Shown here: piece by piece, positions 10,309 to 22,935 of the stretch
Position numbering within the stretch: the first letter of the stretch is position 1
How the letters are laid out: every line of letters begins with the position of its first letter
DNA from: Octopus bimaculoides
Lineage: Eukaryota
Assembly (NCBI RefSeq): GCF_001194135.2
Contig: NC_068988.1
Location: 81,737,872 to 81,779,921, forward strand
DNA length: 42,050 nt
Reading direction: 5' to 3'
Position numbers and translations under genes: made by a program
The notes under the pieces: model-generated
What the model saw: only the letters and a program-made list of their open reading frames with translations
Databases searched by the model: none
Told to the model about the DNA's origin: nothing

Positions 10309-12169
10309 CATATATACACACACATATATACATGTATATATATATATACATATATACACAGATGCATATTCATGCATACACACACACACGTATATATACA
10401 CACACATATAGGCAATGAAATACAGCCAAACGTACACATCATATCCACATCAAAACAATGTTTTATTATGTTATTTATGAACATGAGTCAAGCTTTCACC
10501 AAGGGGCCAAACAAAAGATGGATGAAAGATCAATCAACTTCCAGAAACCAACATCAATAATAAAGATAATGATAAGGTTGTAGTGAATTCAGTGTGTATT
10601 ATGTTGTAAATCAACTCTAATCAATGACCGAACTTGAAGAAAACCAAGAGAAAACATTGGTAATAAGTAAAACAAAATAGATTAATTTAGTTTCGGTTAT
10701 ATTGAAAAGAAGATAGAATAAACATGAGGGGTGAGGAACCTCTTTAAGAACTCTACCAACATAGCCTACCACCTGGAAATAATAATAAGTACTGAGCTAG
10801 CCATACACTGGACAATGGCAGCCAGCTGTGAATAAATAATCTGGCTACTTGTATTAATATTTAGTCAATGAAATATTGGATTTATATGGATAAAAAAAAA
10901 ATAAGCAAAATAAAATAATGGAGACTGACTATTCTGGTTTTGGTTTCTCCATTTTTGTAAAATAACTGGATTATAGCTTTTGTTATCCTAAATCTACTTC
11001 ATTAACCGTTGTTACAAGGTTTTGGAAAGACTAAGTAAAAAATATTAAAAAAATAAGAAAAGAAGAAAAGGAAGGGAAATGAGAAAAAAAGTAATAAAAA
11101 AGACAAACCCTTAACTCTATCAGCTAATAGTGTTTTTCAGAATTAGTTTCAAGAGAGAGGAAATCCTATAATTCTTTTTGGAGTGTGGAATATATATTGT
11201 GAATTTTTTTTGTTTTTTTTTGTAATGTAAAATATGGAATAGTTTTGTATTCATTATATCGATAAGGAAATTGTGAAAAAGAGAAGGAAGAAAAAAAAAA
11301 AACTGTTGAACTGCTCTTATATTTTAGAGAGGGATGTTTTGGGTGGGGTATGAAGTAGGAGTAATATTTAAAATTGTATAGAGTTAGCGGAAAGGATGGG
11401 GGTTTGTTCTAGAATGCAAAAGAAAAAAGGAAAAATAACATACAAACAAAACCACCTTTCTGGAAAATTATTGTGTTACACTTACAAACTTACAACTGTT
11501 ATTGGAATATAGATGATGATGATAATGAGGATGATGGTGATAATGATGGTGATGATAATGGTGGTGATGGTGATGATGATAATGGTGGTGGTAGTGATGG
11601 GGATGATGATAATGATGCTGATGATGGTGGTGGCAGTGATGATGATGATGTTCATGTTATATTTACTGATTATAGAATATAGGTATCATTAACATTTTAT
11701 ACTGAGGCTAGTTATATCATTATTGTTGAATCAGTGATAACAATCTATATTAATGATAGATTTTCCATAAATATACAAGTGTATAATATTTTATACACCT
11801 GCGATAATATCACTTATAACAAAACAATCTACACTGGTTCTGTATATGACTTTCTTTGGTAATACAGAGGTGGAGAAGAATCGATACAATGTTGTTATTG
11901 CTTAGCTCAAGGTCAGCCCTAATCCTGTAGACTGGTTATAAAAACATTCCAACCATGGCCACCCTGTTTTTCATGCAGCAATGATGTATCAATGACTATG
12001 TTAACCAATGTGATTTTTCCTTTATTTAAGAAAATATGGCATGATTTGAAAGTAATTTGCTGCTATTTCTAGCAAGATGTACAGACACATAGAGGCTCTG
12101 TCCCTGTCTCTTTTTGGTTCCCTGGTCAAGGTGTTGACTATAAGTGTCTACGTTGTCATCTTTACGTCC

Positions 12170-12700
12170 ACTTTTCTATAATTGTGTGGATTAGATATGT
12201 CCTCCCCAATACAGCATCTAACTATTTGTTGTATTCCTTTGTCATTTCCTTTTTGAGGTTCAACATCTTGAGATCAGCTTTCATAATTTCTGTTCATATC
12301 ATCCTTAACATTCATCTTCCACAGTTTCCTTCTACCTGGATTTCCTCACACTTTTCTCCTCATCTGTTATCATCCATACGTATTATATGTCTGTATCAAC
12401 GCAGTTATGTCTTTTGCACATTGCATCTGAATCCTGTTATATCCATTTTAACTCTCAGCTTATCTGTACCAGGCATGCATGCACACTGACATAACACATT
12501 CAATAAAGCATGTTTGTTTCATTTCTCTCCAACTTTCACACATCCTCTGGGTTCAATGCCCACATCTCACTATCATGTAACATCATATCTCACACACAAG
12601 TATCATAAAACTTATCCTTCAACTGATGAGAAAATCCCCTTGTTGTCAGTAGAGGTAATAGCTCCCTGAACTATTACCACTCTGTCCTTATACTAGTCAT
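12170..12700 (-). mobile_element. Old RTE-clade LINE 3' fragment
   Basis: Minus translation FRELLPLLTTRGFSHQLKDKFYDTCV...DSEMWALNPEDV*KLERNETNML is homologous to the RTE C-terminus at 22650-22830. Confidence 0.75.
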
Positions 12701-14122
12701 CAAATATGTGAGGCTATTCAATAAAAGTATCATAGAATCAAAATATCTATTTTCCAAATCCCTTTACTCTGTATTTCTCTATCTTTCTCTGGTAACATGG
12801 TTCTTAATTTCAATGAATATATATTTATCTTTATTTTTCTCTCAATTTAATATTTTTCACGAGGCGTTAAGGTGTGTCAACTACAGATGGATTTTCTTTA
12901 CTCATACATATATGATCAATATGAAATATATTCCTCGTGAATGTATATTTGTAGGGTCTTAAGTTAAAATTAAAGTCAAAAAGATTTAAGGTTTAGAATA
13001 TTTTCAGTCTTTCATGCTATAAGAAGTGACAGAATATATAAAAGTTTATATGCAAGTTTTATTGTAGAAGTGTTAAATATAAAGCATAATAAGAGTAAAG
13101 ATAACGGTTTAGATGTGAGATTAAAGCTTTGTTCTTATTTTCAGATCTCAGCAGACGGTATCTATTCTATCATAGTCAAGTTATTCACTGGAGAAATCCA
13201 TATTTCATATTAGTGAAGTACTGATTTTATGGTATACTACTTCCATCTTTACACACTGCCAGTGTTGCCTTCATGGGGGTGCCAACTAGCTTATGATTCT
13301 TTAAATAAATCAAAATTGATAAAGAATCATAGTGTTTCAAGTACTGGTTTACTCAGTTGCTTCTATGTGAAGCCATTTCTTAAAGTAATCTGTAGTTTGA
13401 AGGTGTATGTCAAATAATGGCATTTCAGCACTTCACCCATGAAAATGGGTAATTCCAATGAAGAACTTGTCTTTGACAGACTGGATTTACTCTGCTAGAA
13501 CTGAAGATAAGAACAAAGTTTTAACTGAAACACCTTGACTAATTAGCCAAATGCGTCACTAGAATCAGCAGGTGCATTACAACACAGAAGTTTTGGTTGC
13601 AGTGATTTATTGTCTTCACAAGTTGTCTTCTATGATGATGATGACACCCTCAAGAGGAAGGAGAAGCAAACATTTTATAAAATACACTGCAAAATCTAAT
13701 TACATTTATTGTGCAAATATAATTGCATCTTATTATGGTAAATGTAGTCACATTTATTGTGGAAAAATAACTGTATTTATGATAGAAATAGAATTACTAT
13801 ATTTTTGGACATATAAGGTGCATGGGCATGTAAGGCACATTCCAATTTTAGCAGGCCTAGTCTGCAAGAAAGAAATTGCAGCTAACCCTAAATCCCAAGC
13901 TGAATGTCTCCCACATTTTCATGTATAGGAACCATGAAAATTTAGACTGACATCCTTTGGTAAGGCGATATGGTAGGCTAAGTTACAACACTTACCTTAG
14001 CACTACCAAATATTGCCACTGACTTCCACCATCACCAAGTCTACCCAAAGCCTGACCTTCAACATATTAGGCAAAGAGAGACTTTTGGGGGGGAATTTTG
14101 CAGAAAAAAAATGCACCTTATA

Positions 14123-15028
14123 TAAGGCGGCATTGAAAAGTTCCCAGACTAGTTCTGTAGCATGCCAACAGATGGCAGCACACAGTTGTGGGCATAGTGA
14201 GAATTAGCAGTGACCTTCATGAGACAATGTGCCAAGTGACATTGCTGTGTTTACTTTGCAAATTGTGAAATTTGTATTTTTGTGACCATGTGTATGCTGT
14301 AGCCTGCAATTCTCTCATGGACAGGAACAAAGAGTCAATGTGAAATTTTGTGTTAAATTTGAGAAGTCTGCTACAAAGACATTGAACATGCTTCTGCAAA
14401 CTTACAGTGATAAGGCAATGAATCATACGCAATGTTATGAGTGGCATGGGTGCTTCAAAAGTGGAAGAACATCCTTGGAAGACGATGAGTGATCTGGAAG
14501 ATCTGCCATGAGTGTCACCCCCAGAAATGTGGTATTGTGCATTGAGAATTCGTCCTCTAGGGCTGGGCCAGACCATCAATCAAGAGTTCTGCTGAAACAT
14601 TTGAAGCATTTGAGGGAGGAAATTCAATGAAAGTAACCAGATCTGCAGAGCACAAAGAATTGGATTCTTCACTGAGCAATCCTCACTCGTGAGTTCCTTA
14701 CCAAAAAAACAATACGGTATTGCTTCCACATCCATCCTATTTGCCAGATTTAGCATCTGCAGACTTCCATCTCTTCTCCAAGATGAAAATGTAGCTCAAA
14801 ATTTGCTTTTTTTTAACACTGTTGTCAAGATTCATAGCGAATCACGGAAGGTCCTCGACTTGCTTACAGAAAACGACTTCCTGATCAGATTCCAGAAGTG
14901 GCAGGAATGCTGAGACTGGTGTATTGCTGCACAAGGTGACTCTTTCGAAAGAGATGAAGTTAAAACTTAAGTAATAAGTTATTTTTTATTAAACATAACT
15001 AGTCCAGGATCCTTTTGATACCATTTCA
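14123..15028 (+). mobile_element. Internally deleted mariner (DD34D-type) transposon
   Basis: TA-flanked ~30-bp TIRs ending GACTAGTT / beginning AACTAGTC. Decayed transposase: QRVNVKFCVK, YEWHGCFKSGRTSLEDDE, HPSYLPDLASADFHLF, FQKWQEC*DWCIAAQGDSFE. Confidence 0.85.
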
Positions 15029-15047
15029 TATGCTGGAAAACACGGTA

Positions 15048-15185
15048 TCTTTATTGGAAAAATGTAATTACATTTATTGTGGAAATGTAATAATAATTAT
15101 TGTGAAAAGAGAATTATCATTTATTGTGTAATGTAATTATATTTATAGTGGGATGTGATTATATTTATTGGGGAATTTACATATT
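15048..15185. repeat. ~22-24-bp degenerate minisatellite (AATGTAATTACATTTATTGTGG); related tracts at 13695-13805 and 17040-17105
   Basis: Repeated ATTTATTGTG cores. The tracts flank the mariner and the PLE. Confidence 0.65.
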
Positions 15186-15299
15186 GTTGTATTTGGGGAT
15201 GGTCATGTTGCCAGTTTAGCCAATAAAAACACACGCACTATATATTTGGTGTTAATTTGCTTCAGCTTTATTTTATTTTTTACATTAATCGTATTTCAG

Positions 15300-15339
15300 C
15301 CAGAGTTCTTTCGTCACACTTCTGTGACCTCATCAGTGG
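15300..15339 (-). ncRNA. Minimal type I hammerhead ribozyme
   Basis: Minus strand CCA CTGATGA G GTCACA-GAAG-TGTGAC GAAA GAAC TC TGG. Canonical CUGAUGA/GAAA core, perfect 6-bp stem II, 3-bp stem I, CUC cleavage triplet. Confidence 0.75.
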
Positions 15340-15737
15340 TCCTTTGCTTTCTTCTTTCTTATTTGTGTGTCTTTCCTTACTAACAATCAGACATTTTGTA
15401 TTTTGTATTTCTATTGTATGTGTCTTTACCCCTATGTTTACCCCTATGTATACCCCTATGTTTGTCTATGTTTAGTAAGTGTGTGTTTGTGTGTGTGTGT
15501 GGGTGGGGAGTGCCTGTATTATCTGTATCCCTTTTTTATACATATTCGTTTAATTTGTTTTTATATATTTTTTCTTGTGTTTATACCTACTTATTATTTT
15601 TTCTATTCTTTCTTTATTTTTGTATTTAATTTAATATAATTTTGTTAACGTATATATTTATTTAATTGCATATGTTTATCTGTGTATTGTATTATATTTT
15701 GTTCATATTGTTATCAGTTTATGGGAATCTTATTCTG

Positions 15738-17028
15738 TCATATGTTGTGGTATTGGGGGTGTGTGATAGTGTTCCATTCCAGTTTCCTATTCAGGCTAGG
15801 TTTATCTTCTATTATGTGTGTAGCTTCTGTAATTTGTCTAAGTGTTCTATGTGTGGATAAGATTTTAACTTCTATATTGTTGAGTGAGCCCCCATGTTCC
15901 TGCTCGGCATGCTGGTACAGAACCGATGAGCTCTTCTCTTCCTTAAGTTCCCTCCAATTTTCATTTACCCACTCTCCTATGCTCTGTGCCGTTCCCCCTA
16001 CATTCGTCGTTGTCTTGTTACTGCATCATCCCTCTGTACATCTTATACTATAAACTACATTTCTGGTTTTACAGTTTGNNNNNNNNNNTAGGTTTATCTT
16101 CTATTATGTGTGTAGCTTCTGTAATTTGTCTAAGCGTTCTATGTGTGGATAAGATTTTAACTTCTATATTGTTAAGTGAGCCCCCATGTTCCTGCTCGGC
16201 ATGCTGGTACAGAACCGATGAGCTCTTCTCTTCCTTAAGTTCCCTCCAATTTTCATTTACCCACTCTCCTATGCTCTGTGCCGTTCCCCCTACATTCGNN
16301 NNNNNNNNNNNNNNNNNNNNNNNNNNNNNNNNNNTGGTTTTACAGTTTGTTTGTGGGCTAAATCTACATAAGGTACAGTTCCTATCAGTACAGGGGGTTC
16401 TACTGAAAGGGTAGGTTCTACCGATTAGGGATTTGATAGGGTTGCCTGGCCTTTCAACAACCTTAATTCTTAGCTTAAGTTTGTCTAGGGCCCTTCTAAA
16501 GCGGTACACTAGTTTGCCTCTAGGGGTTGTGTCGACAAACATGACGCTCTGGTATTTGTGGCTATCATACCATGAGTTGGCCTTCCCTATTTTCTTCTTA
16601 ACCCTTTCAATGGTGTTCCATGATTTGCTCCTATAGAGCGGGCAAATCCCATTCCTATCGTTACGTATGATAGTTTCAAATTTCTTCATAGCTCCTTTGT
16701 ATACTCTGATCCTTTCTTTATGGCTGTAACCTGAGAACTGCATGCGGTGGACGAAATGTTGTATATGTCTCTTTAAGTCTGTAGGGTCGCACATGCGGGA
16801 CGCATTTTGCATTACTCTGATTAGGTTTGCCATCAATATATTGAATTTGGCATTGTCCGCAATAGCCGAGTTCCGGTGGATCAGGTATTTGGAGGCCATA
16901 GGTTTGGCATAGTGTGAAGGAAGGATTCGGGTTTTATTATTCTCAGTTTCCAGCCAGAGTTCTGTATCTAATACTGGTAGTCTATGGTTAGGGTGTTCCG
17001 TAGGGTAGTCTATCATGACACAAAACAA
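15738..17028 (-). pseudogene. PLE RT/GIY-YIG coding remnant; C-terminus read from the duplicated copy, stop at 15738-15740
   Basis: ORF track 16069-17028 plus manual translation of 15738-16078. In-frame TGA at 16026-16028 and decayed catalytic motifs. Confidence 0.8.
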
Positions 17029-17139
17029 ATATATAAACGGAATTTATATATTTATGTGAAAATGCAATTGTGGTTACTGTGAAAATATAAATATATTTAT
17101 TATAGAATTATGGAAACTCTGGAAAGTTGAGGGGAAGGG

Positions 17140-17303
17140 AGATAATCAATTATATCGACCCCAGTATTCTTATTTTACTAACCCTGAAAGGATGAAAGGT
17201 AAAGTCATCCTCAGCAGAATTTGAAGAGGGAATGTAGAGACAGATGAATTTCTGCTAAGTGTTTAGCCCAGCATGTAAACTATTCTGCTAGCTTGCTACC
17301 TTG
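17140..17303 (-). mobile_element. Degenerate Meta-type SINE
   Basis: Plus strand ATATCGACCCCAGTA and GAAAGGATGAAAGG...CCTCAGCAGAATTTGAA are the reverse complement of the family at 3916. Confidence 0.65.
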
Positions 17304-17474
17304 CACTGATAGAATATTAATTATCATTATATAATGTTATATACTATATTGTAATAATGAGCGCTGATAGTCTGTATTATTGTACCTTATTACAGTATAG
17401 TAGTATCTGTATATAGTAGTAGCAGATATAAATGCTGGCTGGTTGATATTTCTAGTTGCACTTTAAATCATATA

Positions 17475-17694
17475 TGAGGAATTGCTGAAAAGTTCCTGGT
17501 TTTAAGGGTATTGTGAAAGGCCTGGTTGGAGGCTCAACCTTTCAAATCCTTTTACAAAGCTTAGAAAAAATGAAAGATCACTGCAATAAGTATGTGAATC
17601 TGAGAGGAGAATGTGTTGAATAAAATCATCATAATTAACTGACCCTCCTACTTTTTCTTTTATCTAAAGCCAGGAACTTTTCAGCACTGCCTCG
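17475..17694 (+). mobile_element. Mariner-derived MITE
   Basis: TA-flanked TIRs TGAGGAATTGCTGAAAAGTTCCTGG and CCAGGAACTTTTCAGCACTGCCTCG. Retains the transposase C-terminus (NLRGECVE*). Confidence 0.85.
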
Positions 17695-18307
17695 TAAAGA
17701 GATGAGGAGAGAAAGTAAAAGTGAGTTATAAAGAGAGTTAACACAAGTGGTGCAGGACGAGAGTCTGAAAACTTTCTGAAAAAGTACACATTTTTTAAAC
17801 AAAATTTTGTAAATAGAGGTTTACAATGGAATAGATTGCAATTATGTTTGTGAAAATTTAAATAACAATGATATTTATTGAAATACGCAAATGAGAAATT
17901 TGTTTTATTTCATTTTATTTTAAGGTTATATATATTTGAAACTTAGTATTGAAGGCCAATCTCAAAATGCTGAGCCTTACAAAGAAAATAACAGTGGACT
18001 GAGATATGTGGCACCACAACAAAATTCAGAACCTAAAACTAAGGTGCCATATAAAAAGTATTGGTGTGAGTGCTAGTTCCATGTAAAAATCACCCAGTAC
18101 ACTCTGTAAAGTGATTGTTATTAGGAAGGGCATCCAGCCATAGAAACCAAGTCCAAACAGACGATGGAACCTGGCTTTGACAGTTCCTGTCAAGCTGTCC
18201 AACCCATGTCAGCATGGAAAATTGATGTTAAGTGTGTTCTTGTTGATGATGATGATATTCATTTAATCATTTTGTATAAGCTCCAAGAAATTTGAATTGT
18301 TATTATT

Positions 18308-18338
<31 letters not shown>

Positions 18339-18339
<1 letters not shown>

Positions 18340-18465
18340 TTCACATCCATTTTTCCATACTGGCATGGATTGGATGGTTTGATTGAAAACTCATAAGCAG
18401 GGGAGCTGCACCAGGTTTTCAGTCAAACCATCCAACCCATGCCAGTATGGAAAAACGGATGTGAA

Positions 18466-18466
<1 letters not shown>
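18339..18466. repeat. Fold-back inverted duplication of an RTE/SINE 3' tail
   Basis: 52-nt arms 18339-18390 and 18415-18466 with 49/52 matches and a 24-nt loop, extended by flanking (ATC)n and (GAT)n. Confidence 0.9.
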
Positions 18467-18502
<36 letters not shown>

Positions 18503-19169
18503 CGATGACGACGACGACAATGATGACGACGACGNNNNNNNNNNNNNNNNNNNNNNNNNNNNNNNNNNNNNNNNNNNNNNNNNNNNNNNNNNNNNNNNNN
18601 NNNNNNNNNNNNNNNNNNNNNNNNNNNNNNNNNNNNNNNNNNNNNNNNNNNNNNNNNNNNNNNNNNNNNNNNNNNNNNNNNNNNNNNNNNNNNNNNNNNN
18701 NNNNNNNNNNNNNNNNNNNNNNNNNNNNNNNNGTGGTGATGATGATGGTGATGGTGATAGTGATGGTGGTGATGGTGGTGGTGGTGGTGGTGATGATGAT
18801 GGTGATGGTGATAGTGATGGTGGTGGTGGTGGTGGTGGTTATGGTGGTAGTGGTGATGATGATTCATCAAATTTCATGGTGCTTATACAAAACGTTAAAC
18901 TGTAACTTTTGCATGCAGCCCTTTTATTCTGATACTACCTATAGCAGGAAAAATATACTTCCAAAGTTTCCAACCAAATGATGGGTAACACTTTAGTACA
19001 TATTGAATAGTAGCATGCAAGTTAGTGTGATAGCAGAGCCTTTTAAGTTTGGAATAAAGCCACAAATTGATTAAATTGATCCCACTATTAGACTGGAAAT
19101 TATTTCTTCTGATCTGATAAGGGCTGATAAAGCCAAAAGTATTGTAATATTACTCAGAGTCATGTCATA

Positions 19170-19357
19170 TTTTAACTGCTTCTAATACAGCCATATTGCT
19201 TGTGATTTGAGTACTGTCATAGTTTGAATGCTTTTAATATTGTCATATACCCACTACTCCTGATACCGTCATAGTGTAACTGCTTTTAATACTGTCATAT
19301 ATCTTCTAACACTAATACTATCGCATTTCTTGTGTATTCTAATACAGCCATATTCCA
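19170..19357. repeat. Degenerate ~26-bp tandem repeat
   Basis: Recurrent TAATAC(T/A)G(T/C)CATA motif about 7 times. Confidence 0.6.
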
Positions 19358-19896
19358 ATTAAATGTTAATTTCTGATTCAAACCAACAACATATTGCAAT
19401 ATTCTCATACTTCTGTATTTCCATATTCCCATGCTGGCTGTTTCAATTGTTACATTTCTGGGTGACTTCTTTCATCTGGCACCACATAAATGTAGGAACA
19501 TTGCCAGACAAAAGTTGTTGAGAGTTATAACTGTTGTTGTTGGTATTGTTATTGCTACTGCTGCTGCTGCTGCGGCTTGTGGATAACATCAGTCAGTTAT
19601 GGTTGAATGGATTTCTGTGTTCTGTTATTTCATAAGATGGAAGTGATCTCTCATTGAAACAAAATCAACTATGCTGCTATTATTGATCCCTCTTCAGACC
19701 TACTGCCTCAATGGAACACCCACAATAGAGCAGTTGATTAAACGAAGGGGCCACAATTCAGTAGGGGTCTCTTAGAAATGAATTATTGAGTAACAGCAGG
19801 CTCTGAAGAAATAACATATCAAAATAAATAGAAATATTGAATATTTCATAACCAACATATATATATATATATATATATGCGTATACACACACACAC

Positions 19897-19936
<40 letters not shown>

Positions 19937-20377
19937 NNNNNNNNNNNNNNNNNNNNNNNNNNNNNNNNNNNNNNNNNNNNNNNNNNNNNNNNNNNNNNNN
20001 NNNNNNNNNNNNNNNNNNNNNNNNNNNNNNNNNNNNNNNNNNNNNNNNNNNNNNNNNNNNNNNNNNNNNNNNNNNNNNNNNNNNNNNNNNTTCATGTAGT
20101 TACATATGTGTCTTTACCCAACTCCCTGCACTTCTCCTTTTCCTTTTCCTTTTCTTCTCTTCTCTAGATTCTCCTCTGCATATCCAATGAAGAGCTATGA
20201 TGTCTCAAACGTCATATTTTTACTCTTAACTTTCCCTTTACAACTTATTTCTCAGTGCATCAAACTGATAATATTCACTGTGAATGTCTCTTGGACTTCT
20301 GTTGTTTTATGTTTGAACTTATTGATTGTTATTGATTTGATTTTGTGTGTACGTATATAGATAAATAGACATATGCC

Positions 20378-20423
<46 letters not shown>

Positions 20424-20469
20424 NNNNNNNNNNTGTGTGTATACACACACATATATATATATATATATA

Positions 20470-22935
20470 TAGCTACAATTATCTCTGCCTACGTTCCACA
20501 AGCAGGCCTACCAAATGATCATTTTTATGATACCCTTCTACAGGCTACCTCAAAGACGAGTGACAATGACCTCATCTTTGCAGCTGGAGATTTTAATGGG
20601 CATGTTGGGCAGCAATCCGGTATCTTCACTGGTTTACACGGGGTCCATGGCATTGGTTCCCAAAACAATGAGAGAACTAGGTTACTGGAGTTCTGTGATG
20701 CATGTAACTTTTTAATCTACAACACTAACTTGAGGAAGCCAGACAGCCACCTGATAACCTATCAATCTGGTGACTCTGCTAACCAGATTCATTTCATCCT
20801 CACCAGACAGTGAGATGCAGGATTATTCTTAAATACAAAGACCTTCCTGGGTGAAGAATGTACCACTCAGCATAGACTAGTCAATAGGGACTTTCGACTC
20901 GAGGACAGAAGGAAGCAGATCAATCCAGAAAAGAAGGATTTGGAAGCTAAAGAACTTTTCACATGGTCAGAGATTTAGGAACATCCTCATCATGAAATTT
21001 GATGAGAGGGAGGAGGAGCTACAGATCTCGGAATAGAGGGTAGCTGGAAATTCCTACGGGACAGCTTACCGAGTGCCACAGACCACGTCTGCAGATGATG
21101 CAAAGTCCCTTCCAGACCTAGAGTAACATGGTGGTGGAATAATACAGTAGACAAGGCCATTAGAGCGAAGAAACAGGTTTGGAAATCATGGACGAGTGGG
21201 GGTAGCAGGGAACTGTACCAGATAACCAGAAGTAAGGCTGAGTGACAGGTATACATAGCCAAGGGTGAAGCAGAAAAGAAGTTTGCCAATGTCAAGCGAC
21301 ATGAGGACCAAAGAACTGAAGTATTTCAGATTGCAAGATAGTGTGTGAGAGAAAATTGTGATGTTACAGGAGAGAAATGTATGCACATGGATGATGATGC
21401 ACTTGCTTTTAATGATTTGGAAAAGAAAGAGGCTTGGAGAAGACATTATGAAAGACTGCTGAACATGGAGAATGAGTGCGAGGAGGAGAGCCTGCCAAAT
21501 GTTGATCCAGTAGAGGGACCAGCTATCCGAATAGACAGCACTCTGGTAGATAAAGCAATTAAGGGTATGAAGCCAGGAAAAGCCCCCCCCCCCAGCCCAA
21601 CAGGAATCACTGCTGAGGTGCCTAAAACATCTGGTGGTGTGGGCTATGGCCTAGTCACCCATGTTATAAACCAGGTAGTTCATGATGGAGTCATACTCAA
21701 TGACTGGCATAGCAGTACCAATGTCAACTGCTACAAGGGTAAAGGTGATGCTGGATCAGATGATGAAGTTCACGGAGAGGGTCATAGCCCAACTAATTAG
21801 GGAGAGAGTCTGCTTAGATGAGATGCCATTCAGTTTTGTACCAAAAAGAAACACCACTGCTGCCATATTCCTAGTAAGGCAACTGCAGGAGAAATACCTA
21901 GCCAAAGATAAACCTCTGTACTTGGCTTTCGTTGACTTGGAGAAAGCCTTTGACAGGGTGCCCCGATCCGTTATCTTGTGGGCAATGCGGAAACTAGGGA
22001 TAGATGAGTGTTTAATAAGAGCTGTACAGGCCTTATACAGGTATGCTGCCAGTAAGGTGAGGGTCAGCAATGAATATAGTGAAGAATTTCGAGTAGAAGT
22101 AGGGGTTCACCAAGGATCAGCCCTCAGCCCTCTCTTATTCATCATAGTCCTCCAGGCAATAACAGAGGAATTCAAGACAGGCTGCACCTGGGAGCTCCTC
22201 TAGGCTGATGACCTGGCCCTCATAGCAGAATCACTATCAGAACTAGAGAAGAAATTTCAGGTGTGGAAGCAAAGTTTAAAATCGAAGGGCCTTAGAGTCA
22301 ATGTTGCAAAGACCAAAGTTCTAGTAAGTAGGAAGGTGAACACATCACACACCTCTTCAGGTAGGTGGCCCTGCTTGATCTGTAGAAAAGATGTAGGTAG
22401 AAACTCCATAAGATGTACCCAGTGTAAGCTATGCACACATAAGAGGTGCAGCAACATCAGAGGAATGTTAACTAGGATGACAGCTGTTGTGTGCAGCAGA
22501 TGCACAGGGGCCATAAACACCAAAGATGCTCAGAAAACAGATTCCATCACATGCCACAAAGAGAAACTAGAAGTAGTTGATAGTTTCCGCTACCTAGGTG
22601 ATCAAGGCTGTAGTTGGGGTGGATGCTCAGAGAGTGTTACCACTAGAATAAGAATAGCCTGGGCAAAGTTCAGAAAGCTTCTACCCCTACTGGTGACAAA
22701 GGGCCTCTCACTCAGAGTGAAAGGTAGATTGTATGATGTATGTGTGTGAACTACCATGATTCACAGCAGTGAAACATGGGCCATAACTGCTGAAGACATG
22801 CGTAGGCTCGAAAGAAATGAAGCTACCATGATCTGCTGGATGTGTAATGTCAGTGTGCACACCCAACAGAGTGTAAGCCCCCTGAGAAAAATGTTGGACA
22901 TAAGAAGCATTGGATGTGGCATGCAAGAAAGACAG
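20470..22935 (+). mobile_element. RTE-clade LINE, decayed ORF (APE endonuclease + RT), truncated at both ends
   Basis: APE motifs ISAYVPQ, AGDFNGHVG and LLEFC. RT motifs AFVDLEKAFDRVPR, GVHQGSALSPLLF and ELL*ADD (YADD hit by TAG), plus FRYLGD. Multiple stops and frameshifts. Confidence 0.92.

Larger units (their letters stand above)
15190..17030 (-). mobile_element. 5'-truncated Penelope-like element (RT thumb, Cys-rich linker, C-terminal GIY-YIG endonuclease, 3' region with hammerhead)
   Basis: RLPVLDTELW..HYAKPM..RMQFSGY (RT C-terminus), PCTDRNCTLC..NCKTRNVVYSIRC linker, NVGGT (YVGET-like), HAEQEH, RQITEA..LNRKLEW. Hammerhead motif downstream. Confidence 0.85.

Noticed and set aside
15190-17030. 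Assignment of the PLE to the Naiad clade
   Set aside because: Naiads have an N-terminal endonuclease; here GIY-YIG is C-terminal to the RT.
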